DNA of 64,000 nt, taken from the NCBI GenBank assembly GCA_965204375.1, contig OZ241986.1:3456001-3520000 (forward strand), in the 5' to 3' direction. The notes below the pieces were generated by a model that was not told where the DNA came from, searched no databases, and saw only the letters and a program-made list of their open reading frames with translations. Made by a program: the position numbers and the translations under genes. How positions within the stretch are numbered: the stretch's first letter is position 1; each line of letters starts with the position of its first letter. Source of the DNA: Candidatus Latescibacterota bacterium. Lineage in GTDB: Bacteria; Latescibacterota; UBA2968. Of this stretch, positions 1 to 8,706 are shown one piece after another.

Positions 1-1
1 G

Positions 2-157
2 TATCTAAAACAGATCCTGCACGCTCTGGACTTTGAAGACAGCGATGAAATCACAATGGAATTTCGAGAACAGAACAAAGCTATTATCTTACGCACACCC
101 CTGAATGCAGAATGGCTGGCATTGTTAATGCCAATCAGGCTGAAGTCAAAGGATTAA
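2..157 (+). CDS. 3' end of a DNA polymerase III beta-clamp (DnaN)-like protein or domain, partial
   Basis: Frame 2 reads YLKQILHALDFEDSDEITMEFREQNKAIILRTPLNAEWLALLMPIRLKSKD*. The LLMPIRL terminus is typical of beta clamps. Not in the ORF track because the start lies outside the window. Confidence 0.7.
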   Translation, partial: YLKQILHALDFEDSDEITMEFREQNKAIILRTPLNAEWLALLMPIRLKSKD

Positions 158-607
158 ATCACACCTGCATTCTCCAATGCCGCCTGAACCTGCCCCTCCT
201 GCTCGGCAGACGGAGGTGGCATTGGCGGGCGCGGCACACCCCCATCACGCCCCTGCAACTTCATCGCATACTTGGTATTAGCAGGCAAATTATCATCAAA
301 AATCGCATTCCAAATCGGCCACAGCCTTCCCCCGCTCAATTGCCGACTTCGTACTATCCGTAATAATCCCCGTAATCACTGGCACTCGCCCATCGGCTTC
401 CTCCACTGCCCATTGCGTCAACTGCCTCACCTCATCATCCCCGAGCGTATGCCCCTCCCCCGTACTCCCCGTCACCGCCACCCCATGCACCTTTGCCGTC
501 TCAATCATATACTGAATTTCCGCGCGAAACGCCCCCTCATCAAGTGAGTCATCCTCCCGAAACGGCGTTACCACAGGCGGCACAATCCCAAAAATAGAAT
601 CCATCAT
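154..607 (-). pseudogene. DapA/dihydrodipicolinate synthase-family gene with internal deletion and frameshift
   Basis: N-terminal ~100 aa (GIVPPVVTPF...GSTGE; 296..607) joins out of frame to a C-terminal ~50 aa (KYAMKLQG...PRPPM; 154..339). The central part with the catalytic Lys is absent. Confidence 0.8.
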
Positions 608-614
608 CTCCTCC

Positions 615-674
615 CAATACCTTCTGTCAAAGCAACCACATCTAAAAGTTTGATGTCTTTATCCATATCACTTC
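615..674 (-). repeat. 60-bp duplicate of the 5' end of the DUF4926 gene (other copy 1783..1842)
   Basis: caataccttctgtcaaagcaaccacatctaaaagtttgatgtctttatccatatcacttc vs caatatcttctgtcaatgcaaccacatataaaagtttgttgtctttatccatatcacttc, 4 mismatches. Confidence 0.85.
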
Positions 675-734
675 ACTTTTTTTCTTGGAAAATATTCCCA
701 TATGAGTATATTTTATGTCAAGAGGATATTATCG

Positions 735-992
735 ATGAAGACAACACCATATTTTCGCAACCGAACACTCAAAGATCGGCCTGAATTACAAAAATATCTG
801 AAAGAAATTGCAGATGCAATAGACCATTATCATGAGATTGAACAACAAGCAGATGGTCGCACACGGCGATGGATTTACATCTCTGACATTGACAAATACA
901 TTCGCGTCATCGTCGAAGCCGATGGAGAGACAATCCACAATGCATTTCAGGATCGCACGTACACGCGACAGCAAAAAAGAAAGGATCCCTGA
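735..992 (+). CDS. small putative RNase toxin (DUF4258/BrnT-like), partner of DUF2283
   Basis: 85 aa, GAGGA RBS, DGRxRxW...RV...DGETIHNAF.DR pattern, tightly coupled to a DUF2283 gene. Confidence 0.6.
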   Translation: MKTTPYFRNRTLKDRPELQKYLKEIADAIDHYHEIEQQADGRTRRWIYISDIDKYIRVIVEADGETIHNAFQDRTYTRQQKRKDP

Positions 993-993
993 C

Positions 994-1440
994 ATGAAAT
1001 CCCTGGAATATTTTCCCGAAACGGATACGCTTCATATTACACTGAGTTTGACACCTGCATCTGGTGGCGCAGAAAATGCCGGAACAGAGGGCGAACATCA
1101 GGATATTATTTTATCCTATAATGATAACGATAAATTGGTATCTATTACAATTGAAAATGCCAGTAAAGGTGTGGATCTGAACGATATTCTTTCGGGACAC
1201 GCAAAAATTTTACATGGAAAAACAGAAGCCATTTATTCCATTTCAGAATTGGCAGCAAAATTGGACATTACACCACGCACATTGCGCAATACCATCCATT
1301 CGATGCGGGCTTCGGGAATAGACATAGGCAAACAATACGGCCCCACATATCCCATTATTCTATCTGAACCTGACGCGCAAAAAATTGTGCAATGGCGCAA
1401 TGAACACCCAAGAGGTAGGCCTAAATTGGCATCCGTTTAG
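994..1440 (+). CDS. DUF2283-domain putative antitoxin fused to a C-terminal HTH
   Basis: N-terminal YFPETDTLHI...DIILSYNDNDKLVSITIENAS (DUF2283 pattern); C-terminal ISELAAKLDITPRTLR HTH; ends HPRGRPK. Confidence 0.65.
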   Translation: MKSLEYFPETDTLHITLSLTPASGGAENAGTEGEHQDIILSYNDNDKLVSITIENASKGVDLNDILSGHAKILHGKTEAIYSISELAAKLDITPRTLRNTIHSMRASGIDIGKQYGPTYPIILSEPDAQKIVQWRNEHPRGRPKLASV

Positions 1441-1600
1441 ACAGAACGCTCAGGCATTTTAAAAGCCTCCGAAATTTACAACATCACTTCTGTGATATAA
1501 ACGACACTGCAAATCTTCGGTTATAGCATTTAGGGAGGAACGCATGAAATCTCATTCTGTTTGGCAATATTTGGCACCAGTTGACCGCGAAACTTTCATT

Positions 1601-1834
1601 TCAGGTACTATTTGTTGGCTTTGTGATCGGCGCGTAGTGTAATACAATAAACTGGTTGGGACGTAAACCAACTGATTCATAGGTGCGACCTTCCCGATCA
1701 CAAAACTCAACTTCAAACGCTTGACCATCCGAAAGCACCTCAACAATTGTGCCAACCTGCCCCTGACAGAGGCCATACTCAGCAATATCTTCTGTCAATG
1801 CAACCACATATAAAAGTTTGTTGTCTTTATCCAT
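1601..1834 (-). CDS. DUF4926 domain protein
   Basis: VVALTEDI..GL..GQVGTIVEVL...AFEVEF.D..GRTY pattern. Confidence 0.8.
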   Translation of the reverse strand: MDKDNKLLYVVALTEDIAEYGLCQGQVGTIVEVLSDGQAFEVEFCDREGRTYESVGLRPNQFIVLHYAPITKPTNST

Positions 1835-1894
1835 ATCACTTCGTGGTCAATAGTCAGTTGTAGATTACACCCTTGAGTTCGCCCACTCTTGAAG

Positions 1895-2920
1895 TCACAC
1901 CTGACGTCCTTCATTTATCTCATACCCGGCTTCCAATTCCCGTATCAGAAGATCCATCTGCTCAGGCTTTTTTTCGTACGTATTGAATGATTTTACAGCT
2001 TCTGTTGCAATCTCAACCGACCTCTTTTCCTTGTCAATACCGATATATCTCCTACCCTCACTTAATGCTGCCAAAGCAGTCGTCCCGCTTCCTATAAAGC
2101 AATCGAGCACAATTTCATCAGGTTCGGTAAATAGCTTAATAGCTCTGCGCGGCAATTCAACTGGAAACTTAGAATCATGATCTGAATTGCTGCGTACAGA
2201 AGGAATTTCCCATACGCCTCTGGAACCCCAATTTACCCATTCTTGTTTTGTAAGCCTTGATCGATCAACCTTCGTTATACCCGGCTTCCAAAAAATATAA
2301 ATATATTCTGACTCATCTACAGAACGGTATGATATGGTATGCCATCTCGAATTCTCCCAGGCGGCGTCTTTTACCCATATACGCCGGTCATATAAATAAA
2401 AACCTGCATCTGTAGCAGCTTTTTCTATTAGTCTCCCAACGAGATAAACTCTTGTTTGGGATTGATATTTTCCACCTCTAATATTGTTACCATTCAGCCG
2501 CCGATCTATTGTTTGCTCGCTGCACCCAAAGTGTTCTGCAAGTTTGTACCTATTCCAATCGGGATGCTGTTGTACAACCTTAAGTATGTCTTCTTTTGTA
2601 AGATTAATTTTTCGACGAGAAATATTTTCCGCCATAATTTTGGGCATTGTCTCATCCTTAAAACACAATATATCGGCAATATTGATCACCAAAAATCCAC
2701 CGGGTTTCACAATGGGAAAATGTAGCTTAATCACCTCTCGTAGAAGATTCTCCCAATCTTCAAATGATAAATCCTTCTCGTAATCTTTCCCGACATAATA
2801 CGGAGGCGACCAGATACTGAGCGCAATAGATTCCCGCTCAATTCTCCCCAAAAGCTCCTGCGAATCGCCGTGATATATCGCGTTTGGTGTAAGTGACTTA
2901 AACAAGTTTACGATTGCCAT
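1895..2920 (-). CDS. site-specific DNA methyltransferase, N4-cytosine/N6-adenine, beta class (M.BglI-like)
   Basis: Catalytic WSPPY precedes SAM-binding DCFIGSGTT; internal HTH-like segment YKLAEHFGCSEQTIDRRL. An alternative GTG start exists at 2932. Confidence 0.9.
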   Translation of the reverse strand: MAIVNLFKSLTPNAIYHGDSQELLGRIERESIALSIWSPPYYVGKDYEKDLSFEDWENLLREVIKLHFPIVKPGGFLVINIADILCFKDETMPKIMAENISRRKINLTKEDILKVVQQHPDWNRYKLAEHFGCSEQTIDRRLNGNNIRGGKYQSQTRVYLVGRLIEKAATDAGFYLYDRRIWVKDAAWENSRWHTISYRSVDESEYIYIFWKPGITKVDRSRLTKQEWVNWGSRGVWEIPSVRSNSDHDSKFPVELPRRAIKLFTEPDEIVLDCFIGSGTTALAALSEGRRYIGIDKEKRSVEIATEAVKSFNTYEKKPEQMDLLIRELEAGYEINEGRQV

Positions 2921-3113
2921 GACCCTATACACTCCTGTTTTTTCAACATAGACAGAAATTTATAAGCTGTCAACCATCCACAGGCGTTATATCCCACCGC
3001 AAACCACAACCCTATTTTGAACCGTCTGGCGTTCGTGTTGCAGATTTTAAAAAAGGAATTATTTTACACAGGCTCAATTCTCAGCACTCAGAAACCTTTT
3101 TGGGAGGACTACC

Positions 3114-4475
3114 ATGAATATCATTGTCGTAATGTCCGACACCTTGCGCTACGACCACCTGGGCTGTCACGGAAACACATGGATCCGCACCCCACATATA
3201 GACGCATTTTCCAAACGGTGCATGTTATTTGACCGCGCGTATCAGGCATCATTCCCAACAATACCTACGCGCACAGACATGATGACCGGCAGACTCACCT
3301 TTCCCTTTCGCGGCTGGACGCCGCTCCCCGAAGATGAAGTCATCTTATCCAAACTCCTCACAGACGCGGGGTATGTCACCATGCTCTTATGCGACACACC
3401 GCACCTGGTAAGAGACGGACATCAGTTTGACCGCGGATTTTTGGGCTGGGAGTGGATTCGAGGGCAAGAAGGCGACCGATCAATCACAGACGATATACCC
3501 GTCCCCCTCGAATCAGTCCCTGAAAAAATTCGCACGCCTGAGCGCATGCAACAATATCACTATCGCTGGCGTGCAGCACACTGGGAAACAGAACGCGACA
3601 CCTTTGTCGCACGCACCATGCAACGCGCCGCAGACTGGCTGGAGGCAAACCACACCCACGAAAAATTCTTCCTGTACATCGACACCTTTGACCCCCACGA
3701 ACCGTGGGATCCACCCGCGCACTACGTCAATATGTACAACCCCGGATACACAGGTGAAGTTATCGACCATCCCATTTACGACTACTGCGATTACCTGAGC
3801 GCAGAAGAAATCAAACACACGCGAGCGCTATACGCAGGTGAAGTCACACTCATGGACACCTGGGTAGGCCACCTGTTGGAAAAAGTAGAAAATCTAAGTC
3901 TCTGGGAAGACACAGCCGTGATCTTCATGTCTGACCACGGACATTACATCGGAGACCACGGGCGCATTGGCAAAAGCGGTCAGGGACCAGACGGCGACTG
4001 GCCCTATTACGAAGAAGTATCCCACACGGCCTTCATGGGATATGTACCCGGCAGCAACGCAGCGGGAAAACGCACAAAATTCCTGACACAACCCGTCGAT
4101 TTCATGCCCACAATACTCGATCTGGCAGGCATAAAAAAACCCGATGGACTGCACGGGGTATCAGTCGCCCCCATCTTAAAAGGCGAAAAAACAGAAGAAC
4201 AACGGAAAGTCGCCGTCACATCGGCAACCCTGCCCGTGCGCGAAGACCGCAGCGTGTGCTCCAGCATCACAGACGGCAACTGGACCTTGCACTATCGCGG
4301 CCCCAACTGGCCAGCGGAACTATACAACCTCCAAACAGACCTCGCGCAAAAGAACAACATATATAACCAACAAAACATGGCCGAAGCACAGCGACTGCAC
4401 AAAGCGTATCTGGAAGTATTAAAAGGCGCGGGAACGCCCGAAGAAAAATTTGTGTTGCGGACGGAGTTGCCTTGA
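3114..4475 (+). CDS. sulfatase-like hydrolase (alkaline phosphatase superfamily)
   Basis: NIIVVMSDTLRYD, DPHEPW, SDHG motifs; GGGAGG RBS. The nucleophile motif is TIPTR instead of C/SxPxR. Confidence 0.9.
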   Translation: MNIIVVMSDTLRYDHLGCHGNTWIRTPHIDAFSKRCMLFDRAYQASFPTIPTRTDMMTGRLTFPFRGWTPLPEDEVILSKLLTDAGYVTMLLCDTPHLVRDGHQFDRGFLGWEWIRGQEGDRSITDDIPVPLESVPEKIRTPERMQQYHYRWRAAHWETERDTFVARTMQRAADWLEANHTHEKFFLYIDTFDPHEPWDPPAHYVNMYNPGYTGEVIDHPIYDYCDYLSAEEIKHTRALYAGEVTLMDTWVGHLLEKVENLSLWEDTAVIFMSDHGHYIGDHGRIGKSGQGPDGDWPYYEEVSHTAFMGYVPGSNAAGKRTKFLTQPVDFMPTILDLAGIKKPDGLHGVSVAPILKGEKTEEQRKVAVTSATLPVREDRSVCSSITDGNWTLHYRGPNWPAELYNLQTDLAQKNNIYNQQNMAEAQRLHKAYLEVLKGAGTPEEKFVLRTELP

Positions 4476-4552
4476 AAAAGGATTATGCAGGATAGTGCCG
4501 GAAATCGGTGCATTGACAAGGCTGGCGGAATTGTATAACGTGGGGAATAGGC

Positions 4553-4582
4553 AAAAAAAGGGACGTGTTCATAGCACGTCCC
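4553..4582 (-). terminator. intrinsic terminator for the Panacea gene pair
   Basis: gggacgtg...cacgtccc stem with an A7 tract on + (U-tract on -). Confidence 0.7.
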
Positions 4583-4609
4583 AATCACAATAAATGACCT
4601 TGGCCATTG

Positions 4610-4927
4610 TCATTGATCTCTACTTTCCACCCAGTATCCGCACGAACCGCCGATAATACTTCCAATGACAATCCCTAATGTTCCAAAAGAACTACCAGCC
4701 ATCAATCCGCCTATAAGTCCGGCGACCGCGAGTGAATGCGAAGCCATAGAAGAGGTCTTAGATTGTTGCATCTGGTTATCGCGGTTGACAGATGCACTTT
4801 CTTGATTGAGCTCTTGAGATTCTTTCTGTAATTCCTTAATAGTGGCAAAGACCGCATCTTCAGTACGAGTTTGAACCGTTTCACTTGATTGTTCTGGTCG
4901 AATATCTAATTTTGAGAGTTCTCCCAT
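4610..4927 (-). CDS. small membrane protein with C-terminal glycine zipper, candidate PanT toxin
   Basis: 105 aa; starts immediately after the Panacea stop codon; GLIGGLMAGSSFGTLGIVIGSIIGG hydrophobic GxxxG repeats. Confidence 0.6.
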   Translation of the reverse strand: MGELSKLDIRPEQSSETVQTRTEDAVFATIKELQKESQELNQESASVNRDNQMQQSKTSSMASHSLAVAGLIGGLMAGSSFGTLGIVIGSIIGGSCGYWVESRDQ

Positions 4928-5467
4928 CTATTGGCCTCCTATTCTATTCAGGTAGTACTCTCTTATGGCCTTATTCGGTATATGTGCATTTCTAAATCCT
5001 TTCCTTCTTTTCCATGTTTTGTCCCAGGGTGTTCCTTCTCTATGTGTTATATCAGAAAGCTGTAACCCTGTATATTCTCCGTAAACCTCCCAAATTTTAT
5101 TTAATAAAGCACAGGAGAACTCATCGTCCTGGTCTATCTTCGGAGTTGTAACTTTTGTGTCGAGTTTTCCACTACCATCATCGTATAAAAACTCAATGTC
5201 TTCTGCAAACACTGTTATTGGATCCCTGCCAAAGTGCTTGAAATGATGGTAAAGTGATGGAAATACCGGACCATATTGCCAAGCCTCCGCGAATTCATCA
5301 TTAACTAATGGTCTGCCATTAGGTGGGTTATCTCTCGCAGTAAAAGCGAGATAATAGCCGTGAGCAATATACACCAGTTTTTGTATCATCAATGGTGTTA
5401 TTTCAACACCATCCTTTTTGGCAAGGTCTAAAAAGTAATTCGCTACAGCAAATGCAGAGTAACCCAT
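4928..5467 (-). CDS. Panacea (DUF4065/SocA/GepA-like) antitoxin-domain protein
   Basis: VANYFL, IQKLVYIAHG, EAWQYGPV, LSDITHREGTPW motifs; AT-rich. Confidence 0.9.
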   Translation of the reverse strand: MGYSAFAVANYFLDLAKKDGVEITPLMIQKLVYIAHGYYLAFTARDNPPNGRPLVNDEFAEAWQYGPVFPSLYHHFKHFGRDPITVFAEDIEFLYDDGSGKLDTKVTTPKIDQDDEFSCALLNKIWEVYGEYTGLQLSDITHREGTPWDKTWKRRKGFRNAHIPNKAIREYYLNRIGGQ

Positions 5468-5610
5468 AAATGTCTCCTTGATTACTCTTTCGCAAGGGAG
5501 AGGGAAACTATTAGATTATGTTATTATTTATGAATAATTTGTACATAAATGTAGAAAGTGATTTGCCAAAGAGCAAGTATTTTCTTTTTTTGCCCACAGA
5601 ATGCGATCAT

Positions 5611-6834
5611 TCAAATAGCACCATCGCTTCGAAGTTTCTCAATCTCTGGCATCGAATATCCGAGATACTCGCTCAAAATCGGCTCGTTGTGTTCCCCCAG
5701 TGATGGCCCGCGTTGGGGTTCAACCGATTCGCCGCCGACCTCTAAGGGACTCGCCACCACCCGGACGGCTCCGAACTCCGGATGCGGCAACGCCAGTATC
5801 ATCTCATTCTCGGCCACATGCGGATCGTCAAAAGCCTGCTCAAGCGTATTCACGGGCGCGCAGGGCACCTCGCCCTTGAGCAGCGCCAGCCAATCGGCAG
5901 TTGTCTTCTTCCGGAAAAGATCCTTCAGAATCGGAACCAGAATGTCCCGATTCTCCAGGCGATCCGCAAAAGAGCAGAACCGGGAATCTTCCGCCAGTTC
6001 CGGCGCTCCCAGAATGCGTACCAAATTTTGAAAAAACTTCTCCTTTGCGCACATGATCACGAGCCATCCGTCCTTAGTCGGCACCACCTGCGACGGGATC
6101 TGTGACGGATGAGAAGAATCGGGCGTCCGATGCGCCTGATACCCTTTGGTCAGGAACCACGCCGCCACATATCCCAGATTCGCCAGCGCCGTATCGAACA
6201 GATTCACATCTACATCGCACCCCAGGCCCGTCTGTCTGGCGCGAAAAATCGCGCTGACCATGCCCAGGGACGCCATTGTGCCCGCACCGAGATCCACGAG
6301 AGAAAGTCCTGTTTTCGTCGGCGGACCGTCAGGCTCGCCCGTAAGACTCATCCATCCGGCATATCCCTGCATCAGATAATCGTATCCCGGTTCGCCCGCT
6401 CGAGACCCATGCCGTCCGAACGCGGAAAGCGAGCAGCATACAATGGAAGCCTTGACCGCACTCAGCGCCGGATAGTCCAGACCCAGCCGGGCCGGAAGGT
6501 CTCCGCGTAGATTGTTGAACACCCCATCCGAAATCCCCACCAGCCGATGCAACACCTCCCGCCCGCCTGGATGCTGCAAATTCAGCGTCATACTCTTCTT
6601 GTTTCGGTTGAAACTCTGAAAATACACACTGTCCTGTTCAGCGGTATAGGGAGGCACGTAACGCGCGACATCGCCACCTGTCTCGGGATTCTCGACCTTG
6701 ATGATCTCCGCCCCAAGGTCCGCCAGCATCATCGTTGCCCACGGACCCGCTCCGAACTGCTCCACCGAGACAATCCTTATTCCATGCAGGGGGGGATGTT
6801 GGTTTTGATCGTGCAAGTTAACCCTCTTCCTCAA
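5611..6834 (-). CDS. class III CoA-transferase (CaiB/BaiF)
   Basis: AGPWATMMLADLGAEIIKVE, NRNKKS, GYDYLMQG motifs. Confidence 0.92.
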   Translation of the reverse strand: MRKRVNLHDQNQHPPLHGIRIVSVEQFGAGPWATMMLADLGAEIIKVENPETGGDVARYVPPYTAEQDSVYFQSFNRNKKSMTLNLQHPGGREVLHRLVGISDGVFNNLRGDLPARLGLDYPALSAVKASIVCCSLSAFGRHGSRAGEPGYDYLMQGYAGWMSLTGEPDGPPTKTGLSLVDLGAGTMASLGMVSAIFRARQTGLGCDVDVNLFDTALANLGYVAAWFLTKGYQAHRTPDSSHPSQIPSQVVPTKDGWLVIMCAKEKFFQNLVRILGAPELAEDSRFCSFADRLENRDILVPILKDLFRKKTTADWLALLKGEVPCAPVNTLEQAFDDPHVAENEMILALPHPEFGAVRVVASPLEVGGESVEPQRGPSLGEHNEPILSEYLGYSMPEIEKLRSDGAI

Positions 6835-7675
6835 GGCGATCCAGAATCCATCGCGCCCGTTCCAGAATCGGCCTATCTACCATCCGGCCATCTACAGTCG
6901 CCGGGCCTTCGTCCGCCCGCCCTTCAAAAGCCTCAACAATTCGCCGTGCCCACCTCTCCTCGACCTCCGTGGGACTGAAAATTTCATTTACTGCCCCAAC
7001 CTGACCCGGATGGATCACAGCTTTTCCGGCAAACCCCAGATCCCGGGCCCGCCGCGCCTCCGCGGCCAGCCCGTCAAGATCACCGATGTCCGTAAACACC
7101 TTGTCTATAGCCCGGATTTGTCCGCTTGCCGCAGCCACCGCCAGCGCCGACCGAGCGTAATTGACCAATCCCTGTCCCGGATGCGAAAAGAGGCCCATAT
7201 CCAGCGCGAAATCCTCCGCGCCGAACATAAGCCCCACCAGCCTGGGTGTAACGGATGCGATCGCAGGCGCCTGAACCAGACCCCGGGCACTCTCAATGAT
7301 TGCCAGAAGCCCGACGCCTCCGGATGGAATACCCGCTCTGGTCTCGTGCCGGTCCAACCACTGGCACACCTGAAGCGCATCCTCTGGACCCTGCACTTTG
7401 GGCAACACGAGCCCTTGCAGCCCCGCACGCGCGACCGCCTGCAGATCGGCGTCCAATTCGGAGGAACCAGCACCGTGAACCCTGACAAATCGCATTGAAC
7501 CGCCACGCACGCCATCCAGCGCGGCAGCGACACGACTGCGCGCAACATCCTTCTCGGCCTCCGGGACGCCGTCCTCCAGATCGAATATCAGCACATCCGC
7601 CGGCAGACCCAGAGCCTTGTCGATCATACGCTGCTGGTGCCCCGGCACAAAAAGCCAGGACCGCATCGACTTCAC
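6818..7675 (-). CDS. CitE-like acyl-CoA lyase (HpcH/HpaI, citrate lyase beta subunit family)
   Basis: RSWLFVPG, DLEDGV, LPKV, IESARG, FGAEDF, GKAVIHP motifs. Confidence 0.9.
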   Translation of the reverse strand: MKSMRSWLFVPGHQQRMIDKALGLPADVLIFDLEDGVPEAEKDVARSRVAAALDGVRGGSMRFVRVHGAGSSELDADLQAVARAGLQGLVLPKVQGPEDALQVCQWLDRHETRAGIPSGGVGLLAIIESARGLVQAPAIASVTPRLVGLMFGAEDFALDMGLFSHPGQGLVNYARSALAVAAASGQIRAIDKVFTDIGDLDGLAAEARRARDLGFAGKAVIHPGQVGAVNEIFSPTEVEERWARRIVEAFEGRADEGPATVDGRMVDRPILERARWILDRLEEEG

Positions 7676-8202
7676 CCGTCTTTCTCCTCGTGAATTTCGG
7701 GAAAGGCATCCCCCGGCGGCGCGTGCGCCCTCTTATAGACCATCACGCTGCGAGTCAGATCTATGACGACGCGGCCATCCTGATTCACGCCCCGCGTACG
7801 CACCTTCACGATACCCGCTTCCGGGTACGACTTCGACTCTCGCCTGGCGAGCACCTCCGTCTCGCAATAGAGCGTATCTCCCACAAATACCGGATTCGGA
7901 AGCCGGATCTCGCTCCAACCCAGGTTCGCCATCGCCCGCTCGCTCACATCCGGGACACTCATCCCCACGACCAGCGCGAGCGTAAACGTGCTGTTCACCA
8001 GGATCTTTCCCCACCGCGTCCGGCGGGCGTACTCCTCGTCAAAATGAAGCGGATTGGTATTCAGGGTCAGGTGCGTGAACAACTGGTTGTCAGCCGTCGT
8101 CACTGTCCGCCCGAACCGGCTTCGATAGACTTCGCCCACCTCGAAATCCTCATAGCATCTCCCGGTCCACCCCGGTATCACTTTTTTCTCTATTTTCTCC
8201 AT
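7672..8202 (-). CDS. MaoC-family (R)-hydratase/dehydratase
   Basis: YEDFEVGE...GRTVT.ADN..FT.LTLNTNPLHFD...PVFVGDTL. Confidence 0.9.
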   Translation of the reverse strand: MEKIEKKVIPGWTGRCYEDFEVGEVYRSRFGRTVTTADNQLFTHLTLNTNPLHFDEEYARRTRWGKILVNSTFTLALVVGMSVPDVSERAMANLGWSEIRLPNPVFVGDTLYCETEVLARRESKSYPEAGIVKVRTRGVNQDGRVVIDLTRSVMVYKRAHAPPGDAFPEIHEEKDG

Positions 8203-8273
8203 ACCAGACCCCTTTGCGCCAATATAATTCGCTACAATCCGATGTCCACCGCTTTATCGCCTCTCTCTACCCA

Positions 8274-8693
8274 TCACTCGTTCGTCCCTCGGCGCATTTC
8301 AAAAATACGCACGACAATGTACATACCGAGTGACACGATAAAAAAGACGAGCAACATCCACGCGATGGATTGCAGAGATTCGATAATCGTGCGATATATC
8401 TCGAGCACCCAGCGTTCGGTCGTCAGCTCAAAGGGAGGCATATCGCGGGATTTACCTGCGGAATCGAAATGCTCCTGCGGCAAAATATAGCGCTCCAGCG
8501 AACGGACACGCACACCGCCAGAAATACCCACCACAAAAATCGCAAACTTCATATAGCGCACCCACGCGCTTGCTATCGCATCATCAATAAGCCGGTGAAG
8601 AATACTATTGATCGCGCTGCTAAACGCACGCACGGCAATAAAAGACACGAGAGCGGCGACTACGAGGGTGATGAGGAGAAGCGTAAAAAACAT
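8274..8693 (-). CDS. hypothetical membrane protein (about 3 TM helices)
   Basis: GGAGG RBS before MFFTLLLITLV; three hydrophobic segments. Confidence 0.75.
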   Translation of the reverse strand: MFFTLLLITLVVAALVSFIAVRAFSSAINSILHRLIDDAIASAWVRYMKFAIFVVGISGGVRVRSLERYILPQEHFDSAGKSRDMPPFELTTERWVLEIYRTIIESLQSIAWMLLVFFIVSLGMYIVVRIFEMRRGTNE

Positions 8694-8706
8694 GGGGGAA
8701 CCTCCA

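Noticed and set aside
154-607. Programmed frameshift producing a mini-DapA
   Set aside because: Even joined, the product is about 150 aa and lacks the catalytic core, so deletion explains it better.
4513-4541. TTGACA...TATAAC promoter firing antisense to the Panacea pair (type I-like antitoxin RNA)
   Set aside because: The spacer is only 15 bp and there is no other support.
7495-8490. 331-aa + strand ORF and similar long shadows (10753..11676, 22141..23007, 36631..37368, 38593..39603, 44184..45365)
   Set aside because: All lie antisense to well-supported genes and have no recognisable motifs.
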